Assembly (NCBI GenBank): GCA_016839765.1
Contig: JAEOTP010000071.1
Coordinates: 1 to 64,000 of the forward strand
Reading direction: 5' to 3'
Origin: Promethearchaeota archaeon
Lineage (GTDB): Archaea > Asgardarchaeota > Lokiarchaeia > Sigyniarchaeales > SOKP01
DNA length: 64,000 bases
Part shown: positions 49,727-59,452 of the stretch, in pieces
How the letters are laid out: each line of letters starts with the position of its first letter
How positions within the stretch are numbered: position 1 is the first letter of the stretch
Position numbers and translations under genes: made by a program
Notes under the pieces: model-generated
Database searches by the model: none
Told to the model about the DNA's origin: nothing
The model's input: the letters and a program-made list of their open reading frames with translations, nothing else

Positions 49727-50692
49727 TTATCTCTTATTAGAATTGAGATTTAGAATATTGTCTAACTTTAGTTCAAAATCTTCTCTTAATTGATTTAATT
49801 CTTCAGAAGTCTTTTCAATTTTCTCCATTAGGGAATCAATGGGAGTAGTTTTTAAACTTAGAATTAAATCTTTAACTATATTTAAATTATTTTTGAATGT
49901 TTCAATTATACTGTTTTTAACTAAATCGAAATCTACTAAATTAGCTTGAAAATCTGAGTAATCTACTATATTTGTTTCAATTTCTATTCTTTCATCATCA
50001 GGAGTAACTATTTTTTTTACAATTCTGGGAGTTATTTTCTTTTCCAAAGTGGTTGAATCTACATCTTCTAAATTTACAATGAGGTTGAATAAATCATTTT
50101 TCTTCTTATTTATCAAACCTGTAAATTCATTTGCAATCCCTTTAAATTGCTCACTATTACTTTCTCTTTCCAATTTCTCTAAATATCTAAAAATTAATAA
50201 TTCAAAAGCCTCTGAAAGGTTAACCTTCGTTTTTGCAGAAATAAATACTAGTGGTAAGTCGTTTATATCACTTTGTCTAATATTGTTCAACAGGACATCT
50301 GTATCTTCCGGTCTTATTAAATCTGATTTATTTCCAACTAAAAAAATTATACATTCAGGGGATTTATTCCTTAGATTTTCTAGATAAGTTTGTTTAAGTT
50401 CTGATAATGTTTCTTTTGGGTTTGTTAAATCAAAAACCAAAAACGCAGCGTCAATATTGCTAAAAAATACAGGATTAAGCGGGTTAAATGACCGTTGACC
50501 TCCAATATCCCAAATATTTACTCTAATATATTCATCCTTTAATTTATATTCCTTTCTTATTATATTAGAACCGATTGTAGGGATATACATACTTGGAATT
50601 TCTTTATCCATAAAAGAATTTGTCATAGAAGTCTTTCCAACGCCCCAGTAGCCCAAAATAGTTAACTTGATGTTTATCTCAGAAACAATCAT
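49727..50692 (-). CDS. Rab/Ras-like small GTPase with C-terminal helical/coiled-coil extension
   Basis: GYWGVGKT, YIPTIG, WDIGGQ, VGNKSD, SAK. Confidence 0.9.
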   Translation of the reverse strand: MIVSEINIKLTILGYWGVGKTSMTNSFMDKEIPSMYIPTIGSNIIRKEYKLKDEYIRVNIWDIGGQRSFNPLNPVFFSNIDAAFLVFDLTNPKETLSELKQTYLENLRNKSPECIIFLVGNKSDLIRPEDTDVLLNNIRQSDINDLPLVFISAKTKVNLSEAFELLIFRYLEKLERESNSEQFKGIANEFTGLINKKKNDLFNLIVNLEDVDSTTLEKKITPRIVKKIVTPDDERIEIETNIVDYSDFQANLVDFDLVKNSIIETFKNNLNIVKDLILSLKTTPIDSLMEKIEKTSEELNQLREDFELKLDNILNLNSNKR

Positions 50693-50930
50693 ATTCTTAT
50701 TTTAAGATGATTTTAACCGAATCTAATTTAATAAATTATAACAAGAGGGATATATAAATTTGAGCTAAAAAAAGAACTTATACCTACTTGAAAATGAAAA
50801 TAATCATCATAGCATTAAAATACATAATTATTTTCGTTAAATCCTTGCTATTTTCAACCATAAGAAAATTATTTAATAATTAGAAAAATGAGCTAAGGAG
50901 TTTTGTTGCAAGATTGAAACATTTTTCAAA

Positions 50931-51518
50931 TTATTTCTTTTGTTTCTTTATAGAGAACTTATTATAAGCATAAATTATTCGTTGGATTACTGTAAAAATT
51001 GTCCCTATTGCTAAAATAATCATAGTCCAAAAAATTGCCTTATGAAACCAGATTTGAAAAATGGCTCCAATAAAAAGAATAGGAATCCTATCTGTCCTTT
51101 CTAGTAATCCAACGCCATATAAATCATTGGCACCTAATGCTTCAATTTTAGCTCGTGAATATGATGTTAAAAATGCACCTACTAAGACAATTATACATAT
51201 CTCAATTGAAATATATCCACCAAAATAAACACCAATAATTATAAAGAAATCTCCAATTCTATCTAAAGTTGAATCCAAAAAAGCTCCAAATTTGGTTGGA
51301 CCTTGAAGCCGGGCAACAACTCCATCCAATTGATCAAAAAATTCTGTTATAAAAAGGAAAATAATAACAATCAAGAGATTTACGTATAAAAAACCAAAAA
51401 ACGTTATAATTGAAGAAATTAAGCCTAAAATTGTAAAGAAATTAGCAGGGATTTTTGTTAATTTCTTTCCTAAAGGAAGTAATAGTTTTTCAGAAAACTT
51501 CTTTATTTTTAATAGCAT
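50931..51518 (-). CDS. CDP-alcohol phosphatidyltransferase (archaetidylinositol-phosphate synthase-like)
   Basis: DQLDGVVAR....T.FGAFLDSTLDR signature; SY.RAK.E, ERTDR. Confidence 0.88.
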   Translation of the reverse strand: MLLKIKKFSEKLLLPLGKKLTKIPANFFTILGLISSIITFFGFLYVNLLIVIIFLFITEFFDQLDGVVARLQGPTKFGAFLDSTLDRIGDFFIIIGVYFGGYISIEICIIVLVGAFLTSYSRAKIEALGANDLYGVGLLERTDRIPILFIGAIFQIWFHKAIFWTMIILAIGTIFTVIQRIIYAYNKFSIKKQKK

Positions 51519-51633
51519 TGGATAATCTTTCCTAATATTTGATTAACATTTTTTTTTAAAAATAAGAATAAAAAGAAATAAAGCTTTACGTACCTTTAAA
51601 TAGAGAAAAAAAAATAATATTATTGGAAAAAAT

Positions 51634-53157
51634 CTAAATTCCATAAATCGGATAGAATTTATTTTCAATGTATTTTAAGAAGTAATCCGGATTTAAATCT
51701 TCTCCAGTAACTTTCTTAATTAAATCAGAAGCTCTGTAGATTTTTCCATATTGATGTATATTTTCTCTTAAATAATCTAAAAGAGTTGAAAATTCTCCTT
51801 TTTTATATTCTTCTGGTAATGAGGGGTGTTTTTTTAAGGCATCGTTATATATTTGTGCCCCGTATAAATTACCTAAAAAGTAGGTTGGGAAGTAACCGAT
51901 GGCGCCCATTGACCAATGAATATCTTGTAAGACTCCTTGAGCGTAATTTGGGGGCGTAATTCCTAATAGGTCTTCAAATTTAGAATTCCATAATTCTGGT
52001 AATTCTTTCACTTGAATTTTTCCATCTATAAGATCCCTCTCTAATTCAAATCGCAAAATAATGTGTAATCCATATGTTACTTCATCTGCATTTACTCTTA
52101 TATACGATGGCTGAACAATATTTATAGCTTTATAGAGATCCTCCATTGGATAGTCTTTTAAATTTTCAGGGAAATATTTTTGAAAGGTTGGATACCAATA
52201 GATCCAAAATTCCTTACTTCGACCGACAAAATTTTCCCACATTCTTGATTGGGATTCATGAATTCCCATTGAGGTACCTTCACATAGAATTGTATCATAG
52301 AGTTCTTCTCTAATGCCCATTTCATAAAGAGCATGTCCACATTCATGTATTGTTCCAAAAATACATTCATTTAGATAATCTTCTGTTGTTCTAGTAGTAA
52401 TTCTTGTATCTAAAGAGGCTAGTGACGATGTAAATGGGTGAGTTGATCTGTCTTGACGTCCATATCCTAGATTAAAATTAAGTTTTTTAATTATCTCAAA
52501 ACTAAGTTCAAATTGTTTGTCTGGATCATAACTTTTCTTTAATATTGAATCATCCGGTTTATCTGAAGATGCATTTAACTTTTTTACAAAATCTATTAAT
52601 TTCGGTTTTATTGGATTAAATACATTGGCAATCCAATCATATGTGGCACCAGGTTCATATAAATCAATCAATGTAGAATATATATCTGGATGGGTTCCAT
52701 ACAATCTTGCTCTTTCTTTTTGTAATTCGACACTTTTCTCAAGCATCTCTTGGAAAATTGAGAAATCACTTTTAGATCTAGCTTCTCTCCAATCTTTGGC
52801 AGCTAATATACTAGTTTCAGCGATTTCTACAACTAATTCTTCAGGTAATTTCGTTGCGAGATTATATTCTCTAGTAATCTCTCTAAGCATAGCACTTTCA
52901 ATTTCATTAAGATTAGAAAGTTTTTCAGCTTTCTTTATTAAGTTACCAACCTTTTCTGAAGTTAATCTTTTATGAATCAATTTTTCTATTAAGGAGACTT
53001 GTTTAGATCTACCTTCTAGAGATTTGTAATTTTGCATATTAACTTCTTGATCCCAACCTAGAGCCGCTTGTATATAATTTAATCGCATTATTTCTTCAAA
53101 ATATTCCCGAAGTTCTTTAATAGCACTCATGATTATATCCTTCTTTTTATATATCAA
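51634..53157 (-). CDS. Carboxypeptidase M32 (Taq-type)
   Basis: HPF, D.RITT, HECGH, HESQS, IRVNAD, G.LQDIHW, GYFPTY. Confidence 0.95.
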   Translation of the reverse strand: MIYKKKDIIMSAIKELREYFEEIMRLNYIQAALGWDQEVNMQNYKSLEGRSKQVSLIEKLIHKRLTSEKVGNLIKKAEKLSNLNEIESAMLREITREYNLATKLPEELVVEIAETSILAAKDWREARSKSDFSIFQEMLEKSVELQKERARLYGTHPDIYSTLIDLYEPGATYDWIANVFNPIKPKLIDFVKKLNASSDKPDDSILKKSYDPDKQFELSFEIIKKLNFNLGYGRQDRSTHPFTSSLASLDTRITTRTTEDYLNECIFGTIHECGHALYEMGIREELYDTILCEGTSMGIHESQSRMWENFVGRSKEFWIYWYPTFQKYFPENLKDYPMEDLYKAINIVQPSYIRVNADEVTYGLHIILRFELERDLIDGKIQVKELPELWNSKFEDLLGITPPNYAQGVLQDIHWSMGAIGYFPTYFLGNLYGAQIYNDALKKHPSLPEEYKKGEFSTLLDYLRENIHQYGKIYRASDLIKKVTGEDLNPDYFLKYIENKFYPIYGI

Positions 53158-53264
53158 GAATTTTAAATTATACTTTTTTGAATATTTAATCGTTTTAAAA
53201 GAAGTAGGTTGTGAACTTCTGTTGAACTAAATAATAAGTTTGTTTTCAAAATTCTTGAGATTCT

Positions 53265-54770
53265 TTATAAATTTTCTTGCTTAATAAAAATTTCAGCAGC
53301 AGTTTCAACGTCTTGTAAGGTTAATGTTCTTCCTAAAGTGGTTTGTAATTGGTTTATTAAATGTTCACATAATTTTAGACTCAGAGTGCTTCCCTTCTTT
53401 TCAATTAGTTCTTTTAATACCTTGGGAAACTCTTTAGAAGGAGTCTCCTCCTCTATTGTCTCTTTTTGTTCTGAAGACGAAGTTAACGTCTCAACTTTAA
53501 TATCTTCTGGCTTTAACACATCTTTTTCTCCCTTTACTTGATCTTTAGAAGGTTTAAATAAAGTTAACTTTCCTATCTTCGATTCTTTAATTTTTAATTC
53601 ATTTTTTTCTATTTCTGGTTTACTAATTTTAGGTGTTATTTCTGGACGTATTTTAGATTTATCTAGTGGCAGTGGTTTAACCGTAACTGGTTTTGTGAAT
53701 TTAATTTGACCTGGTATTTCAAATTTCTTTTTACTCTCAATCTCATGCCTAACTTTTTTTTCGTCTTCTAATTTTTTTTGTAGTTCCTTTAAAGATTGTT
53801 TAAATGACGCTACATATGTAAAATCTTGAAACATATTGCATATAGTAATTAATTCTTTATACTTTGACATAGCTAATACAAGATTTCCTTCAGCTTTTGC
53901 ATCTTCGGCCTTTTTCTTTAACTCTTCAAAGTTTGAAGGCAAGGATTTTCTTAATTTCATTATTTCAGATATTAATTGAATTAGTTTTCCTTTAATATCT
54001 GGCTCTGTCAGAGAAATTTCTTCAAATTCAGGAATTCCTAATTCATTTTGAATTAATTTAATATCTCCCTTATTAACTAAATCTCGTTTATTGCCAATAA
54101 TTAATATTTTCGAAAATTTACCTTCATTTCGGTATAGATCCATAAAATGACTTATTACCCGCAAATGATAATTTGATAAATCAAATAAGAGTAATATTAA
54201 ATCTGCTCCGCTAATAAATTTAGACCATAATAATGAAAAATTATCTTTAAGCTGGAAATCCCATATATCGAATTTTAAGCTATCAATTTGAAAAATCGAA
54301 GATTTAGCAAAATTCATAATATTTTTTTCATCATTACTTTTTAACATATTAAATAATGTAGTCTTTCCAGAATTAACAGGTCCCACAACAACTATTTTTG
54401 AATGCAATTCATATTGCATATCCTGTAAAAATTTTTCAAATTCTTTTAGGTTAAAATCAGTCTTCTTAAGAGCATTAAGATCAGGAAAAGATTCTTTAAA
54501 TTTCTTACTTATCAACTTTAGAATTTCTTCTACATGTTCACGATTATCTACTAAATCAGTTATCATTAAAAATAGAGCATTTCCAAGTGTCCTATGAAAA
54601 AGTTGAAACTCTCCTAGTGGTTTCTGAAATGTTTTTCCGGGCAAAGGCATATCTATATAAGACTTAATAGTTCTTTTTACGTTTTCTAATTCTTCATCTC
54701 CAAGAGCCATTGCATAGATATAATTATAAATTTGTTCACCCTTATGAAATACGTGAAGTTGCCTTAACAT
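53265..54770 (-). CDS. Longin-like domain / small GTPase / helical (TPR/MIT-like) fusion protein
   Basis: N-terminal beta-beta-alpha-beta-beta-beta-alpha-alpha pattern; GPVNSGKTT, WDFQLK, IGNKRD; A..A...GN...A...Y helix pair. Confidence 0.75.
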   Translation of the reverse strand: MLRQLHVFHKGEQIYNYIYAMALGDEELENVKRTIKSYIDMPLPGKTFQKPLGEFQLFHRTLGNALFLMITDLVDNREHVEEILKLISKKFKESFPDLNALKKTDFNLKEFEKFLQDMQYELHSKIVVVGPVNSGKTTLFNMLKSNDEKNIMNFAKSSIFQIDSLKFDIWDFQLKDNFSLLWSKFISGADLILLLFDLSNYHLRVISHFMDLYRNEGKFSKILIIGNKRDLVNKGDIKLIQNELGIPEFEEISLTEPDIKGKLIQLISEIMKLRKSLPSNFEELKKKAEDAKAEGNLVLAMSKYKELITICNMFQDFTYVASFKQSLKELQKKLEDEKKVRHEIESKKKFEIPGQIKFTKPVTVKPLPLDKSKIRPEITPKISKPEIEKNELKIKESKIGKLTLFKPSKDQVKGEKDVLKPEDIKVETLTSSSEQKETIEEETPSKEFPKVLKELIEKKGSTLSLKLCEHLINQLQTTLGRTLTLQDVETAAEIFIKQENL

Positions 54771-54967
54771 TTTTTTAATCTATCTCTATTTAGGAATCCT
54801 TCTTAATAAAAATATAAAAATTACTAATTAATATATTTTAATATCATTACTTTTAATTTTGATATTTCTCTTAATCCAATTAAAAATTATTGAAAAATTT
54901 TAGATTCTTTGGTATATAATTCTTAAATAAAATATAAATCCATTCGACTTTCAGAAAAATATAAATT

Positions 54968-55900
54968 ATGCCTTTGGAACCAGAACATATTAACAGGTTT
55001 TTAGAAAATGATTCAGATATGAAAACTAGATCTGAATTAATAGATTTGCTTAATAAGAGAATATATAAGTTATGTTTTGAAGAATGTCAAGTGGATCGTA
55101 TATTATGTACTTTATCACCTTTATGCTCTAGGAGATTTCTACTAAAACTTCGGATATTAAGTGGATTAAATATCGAGGATCAACCAAAATTTTGCTATAG
55201 CGTTCATAAAAATATTGTATTACGTGATTTTAGAAATAAAACTGTAGTGTATAGACCTTTTGACGCATATTTATATTTAATAGATTTTCTAGACGTCTTT
55301 TTTCATGGGGATTATAGAAAATTAAATAAATTCCTTTCTAAAAATGAATTTAAAGAAGCAATAAAAATTTTTGACGATAGAATAAATAATCGAGATGAAG
55401 ATTTTCAATATTTAATATCAAAGGAAAAGAATTATATGATTTTTAAATATGGAGATAGAATTTATATAATTTTTATTGACAAAGGATATGTACTATGTAA
55501 TGCAAATAGAGAAAGCATCATAAGTTTAGAACTGTTAAAGGGATTAATTGATTTATTCTCCAAAATCTTCTTCCCCGAAGTAAAAATAAGATTAGTTCCT
55601 AATGAGCATGTAGAAGTTATTACAATAATTCCAAAAGCGACACTATCTGAAATTAGCGAAACTCCAATTGAAAATGAAGAGAATAAAAAAGAATACTATT
55701 TATGGAATGTGTTTCCTAACGATCTGGATGCTTTAAGTCAATTTTGTAAAGAAATAAATTTGTATATCGACAAGCGAGGAAATTTTTCAATAAAATTATG
55801 TATTGGACTAGAATCTATAAATTTGAGATATAGAGATTTAAGATTAATTTTGAATATTATTTTTCGGTTGTATAATGATTTTTATGTATTATGGGTTTAA
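54968..55900 (+). CDS. Hypothetical protein with N-terminal Cys cluster
   Basis: 310-aa ORF, CFEEC...C.LSPLC...CYSVH. Confidence 0.65.
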   Translation: MPLEPEHINRFLENDSDMKTRSELIDLLNKRIYKLCFEECQVDRILCTLSPLCSRRFLLKLRILSGLNIEDQPKFCYSVHKNIVLRDFRNKTVVYRPFDAYLYLIDFLDVFFHGDYRKLNKFLSKNEFKEAIKIFDDRINNRDEDFQYLISKEKNYMIFKYGDRIYIIFIDKGYVLCNANRESIISLELLKGLIDLFSKIFFPEVKIRLVPNEHVEVITIIPKATLSEISETPIENEENKKEYYLWNVFPNDLDALSQFCKEINLYIDKRGNFSIKLCIGLESINLRYRDLRLILNIIFRLYNDFYVLWV

Positions 55901-55929
55901 AAATAAAAAAAAAAGTAAGGTGGAATAAC

Positions 55930-57120
55930 ACGAGTGAAAAAGAGCAAAAAAATCCTGAAATTATGAAAATTAAAGATTTTGTAAATGATGAAAGGTTTGA
56001 TGATGCGGTAAAAATCATAGCGCTTTATTTAGGTGATTCTACTGATGAAGATTACCTAGATCGTCTTGAAGATCTAATTGAAACCCTTTTAACCTTACAT
56101 GGTGGGCGAACCGTATTAAGATTTTTAATTGAACAGTTAATTATCGATATACCCTCCCTATTAGAAAATTTATCAAAGAAAGATTCCGTATTAAGGTATT
56201 CATTCTTATTACTACTAAAAACTGTATGTGAAAATGAACAGGATTTATTCTTTCCTTTTAGTGAAGATTTGTTAAATTCTGATGACCCAAATGTTCGTGA
56301 AGCTGATTTACAATTATTAATTTTCATGGCAGGTGGAGATATCATAATTGAAAATGAGTCATTAATAAATACGATTACGGAAAAATTATCTGATAAAAAA
56401 GATTTTGTTGTTGAAAAAGCGATCCAAGCTTTAACGGCAATTGGCAACAAAAATCCATCTCTAGTTACCAAAGTTATTAAAAATTATGCAAAAGAAAATC
56501 CTGAAAATGAACAAATTATGGAGTCAGTTGATAATATCTTAAAATCTATTGTTTCAATTGAAAAAATTGAAGAGATTGTTGAAGACGAGGGAAAAGAGAT
56601 TACTGAGAAAGAAAAATTAGAAAAGGAAGAGACAGAAATAATAGATAAAGAAATTTCTTTAAAAAAGAAAGAACTGGAATTAAAAAAGAAGAAATTAGAA
56701 TTAGAGGAACAAAAATTAAAAGAGGAAATAATTGAAAAAGAAAAGTTACTTCCTTCTGAAAAAGAATTACCTGAAATTCCCAAAAAGATTAAGAAAAAAA
56801 TCCAAAAAGAAGAATCTGAGATCTTAGATAAAGAGATTGAATTAAAGAAAAAAGATTTAGAACTAAAAAAGAAGAAATTAGAGTTAGAATCAAAAGAAAA
56901 AGAAATTGAAGAAATAGAAATCCAAAAGAAAGAAGAACTACTTAAACGTAGAGAAGAATTACTTGAGAGAGAAGGAGAGCTATCTGAAGTTAAATTGGAA
57001 TTGCAGCAAAAGAAAATTGAGGAAATAAAGGAAAAAATTGTGGACGATGAGATGAAAAGAATGGAACAACGAATTAAAGAATTAGAAAAAAAGCAAGATG
57101 AAAGAGATTCTGAATCTTAA
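55930..57120 (+). CDS. HEAT/ARM-repeat protein with long charged coiled-coil tail; start uncertain (ACG 55930, ATG 55963 or ATG 55891)
   Basis: LLNSDDPNVREA, LSDKKDFVVEKAIQAL HEAT units; E/K-rich tail with internal repeat. Confidence 0.75.
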   Translation, partial: TSEKEQKNPEIMKIKDFVNDERFDDAVKIIALYLGDSTDEDYLDRLEDLIETLLTLHGGRTVLRFLIEQLIIDIPSLLENLSKKDSVLRYSFLLLLKTVCENEQDLFFPFSEDLLNSDDPNVREADLQLLIFMAGGDIIIENESLINTITEKLSDKKDFVVEKAIQALTAIGNKNPSLVTKVIKNYAKENPENEQIMESVDNILKSIVSIEKIEEIVEDEGKEITEKEKLEKEETEIIDKEISLKKKELELKKKKLELEEQKLKEEIIEKEKLLPSEKELPEIPKKIKKKIQKEESEILDKEIELKKKDLELKKKKLELESKEKEIEEIEIQKKEELLKRREELLEREGELSEVKLELQQKKIEEIKEKIVDDEMKRMEQRIKELEKKQDERDSES

Positions 57121-58181
57121 ATTCCTTCTCTATCTCTTTTGTCTTCTTCATCTCTTTCATCGAAATCTATACTAGATTGAGATTTATTTTCAGCAATCGG
57201 TGCTACATATAATCTTTTAACAAGTTTTCGAACCTCATCATTTCTAACGCTTTCAGGAGGTAGCCCCTTTTGAAGCTCTTTTGCAAGTTTATAAGCAAGT
57301 TCGATATACTGTAGATCCTCTAAAAATTCTATAATTTGGATTTTATAATCAACATCTTCCTTAATGATGCTTTCAGCGTATTCCATCAATTTTTCTTTAA
57401 GTAAAAGATCTATTTTTTTACTTCTCTCGACATCTTTAACTTTTTTTACTAGCTGTTTGAAACTATTCATAACATTATACATTTCTGAGCTAGGATACTC
57501 ATCGATATTCTTTAACACATAAAAAATATATAACTCTGCTTTCTCCCATCTTTTTACTTTAAGGGAAGATTCCACAAGATCCAAAAGGACAAGCTCATAA
57601 AGAAATTTGCTGTCAATATTAGGAATTATTTTTTCAAAAATCCAATCTAATAAATTAGGTTGATTGAATTTTTCAATAATATCTATTAGAAATCGTGCTA
57701 CAGAAAAGTAGAGTTTTGCATTCTCGGTCCTTGTAGATTCTAAAAATGAAACCAATGCATATTTAACACGACCCATAGCATCCTCTAAATTAACTGGAGT
57801 TTCCGAAAATTTATAAAATGCTGATTCCAAAATAGGTTTTACTTTAGGCTGATTTTTAAAATCATAAACAAAATATTCTCCCCAGTTGGGACTTAATTTA
57901 CCTTCTTTTTCGAATTTCGAAATTTTTTCTGATGATTTTTTAGCAATTACTGTTGCCTTTCTTACTTTTAGTTTTTCTGAAATAGATTCTATTTCTTCTT
58001 CATTTAGAATTTCTAGTATGATCTTATCTTTTTCATTTGGAACAATAATATGAAAATACATGTCTTTATCTTCTTTAAATAGGTTATCCCTTAAATCCTT
58101 AGGAAATGTAATTCCAGTTTTAGTCCTTTTTATTATATCTTCAAAAAAAAAATTTCCGTTAAAATCATTCTCTTCAGTCAT
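57117..58181 (-). CDS. Hypothetical protein, AbrB/SpoVT-like N-terminus plus helical-repeat C-terminus
   Basis: KRTKTGITFPKDLRDNL resembles the AbrB x(I/F)PK.(L/I)R..L motif; remainder all-alpha. Confidence 0.55.
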   Translation of the reverse strand: MTEENDFNGNFFFEDIIKRTKTGITFPKDLRDNLFKEDKDMYFHIIVPNEKDKIILEILNEEEIESISEKLKVRKATVIAKKSSEKISKFEKEGKLSPNWGEYFVYDFKNQPKVKPILESAFYKFSETPVNLEDAMGRVKYALVSFLESTRTENAKLYFSVARFLIDIIEKFNQPNLLDWIFEKIIPNIDSKFLYELVLLDLVESSLKVKRWEKAELYIFYVLKNIDEYPSSEMYNVMNSFKQLVKKVKDVERSKKIDLLLKEKLMEYAESIIKEDVDYKIQIIEFLEDLQYIELAYKLAKELQKGLPPESVRNDEVRKLVKRLYVAPIAENKSQSSIDFDERDEEDKRDREGI

Positions 58182-58187
58182 TTTAAG

Positions 58188-58781
58188 TCAACCTGTGATA
58201 TTCACTAATTCAACTCCACGTACGTCAAAATTTCTATCAATAAAACAAAGAATAGCATGCCCTGAATGACTATATACAATAGGAACAGGATGAGATTCTG
58301 CATTTTCAATAGAACTTCTTTTTATAAGCAATGGCAAAATTTTATCACATACCATACAAGGGACATTAATTTGCTTTACTAAATTGAGACTCTTAAAATT
58401 AATTATGATATTCTCAACGAATGGTTTAAATGAGTCAAACATATTTGATGAAAATTTTCCAAATGATAAGTAAGACTTAACATCATACCTTTCATTAAAT
58501 TTTTTTATAACTTCCTCAATTAATGCTTCTAATAGTTGGAATTGAATTTCTGTGTTAGATCCTGCTGAATATATTAGATTTTCCATTCTAATATAAGCAA
58601 TTTTCATATTACCTTTATGTAAATGGAAGAAAATATCACTACTAGGATTTTGTTTTAATATATTCATGTCAAGAACAAAACTTTTATAAGATCTTGGCGG
58701 TTTCCATTCAAATATTGTAAATTCATCATTGCTAATATTGACAAATTCCAAATTTTGCATTATTTTTTCTGAACTAAGCAT
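58188..58781 (-). CDS. Longin-like domain protein with C-terminal CxxC...H..H putative Zn module
   Basis: Longin-like secondary-structure pattern; CMVC...HSGH...FIDRNFDVRGVE. Confidence 0.55.
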   Translation of the reverse strand: MLSSEKIMQNLEFVNISNDEFTIFEWKPPRSYKSFVLDMNILKQNPSSDIFFHLHKGNMKIAYIRMENLIYSAGSNTEIQFQLLEALIEEVIKKFNERYDVKSYLSFGKFSSNMFDSFKPFVENIIINFKSLNLVKQINVPCMVCDKILPLLIKRSSIENAESHPVPIVYSHSGHAILCFIDRNFDVRGVELVNITG

Positions 58782-58985
58782 TTAAATCATTCTCTTAAGG
58801 ATTAATTTGAATAGCAAACCAAGTTACTAAGTATTTTAGACTTTAAAATTACCACTATAGTTGTTTATAGGTAATAAATAATTTTCAAATATTTATATAT
58901 TACATCTTAGAATCATTTAATTTTTTTATTTAAAAAAATATTTATTTTTTTCTACATTTCGATTCAATTTCAATTTTTAAAATAA

Positions 58986-59312
58986 AATATTTATATAAGT
59001 AAATTTTTTAGAAAATATGACATATTACTAACTCCTACAGTACTTTGTACTGCTTTTAATTTAGGTAAATCCTATCCTGATGAAATAGAAGGAAAAGAAA
59101 TTTCTAACATGGGTGCATGGATTCCTTTTACTTATCCCTTTAATTTGACGGGACATCCTGCGGCTTCAATACCTTGTGGTTGGTCAAAAGAAGGATTGCC
59201 TATCGGTATGCAAATTGTCGGAAGGCGTCTTGATGATTTAACAGTACTTCAAGTCTCTCAAGCTTTTGAAGAACTGAAACCTTGGCAAGATAGAAGACCA
59301 GAATTTAATTAA
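58986..59312 (+). pseudogene. 5'-truncated amidase (amidase-signature family) remnant
   Basis: Frame reads [13 protein letters not shown]...[18 protein letters not shown]...[10 protein letters not shown]...D..VL..S..FE...PW; the catalytic N-terminal part is absent. Confidence 0.8.
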
Positions 59313-59452
59313 ATTTAAATTTTCCTTTTTTATTTAGAGTAATACTCTACTTTAGATTGATAAATTTATAAATTAATTATGTACAAAAGTTTTTAATTTC
59401 AACTTAATTTGCTAATCATGGAAGTTATTAATATAATTGGTGTTTTATCAGC

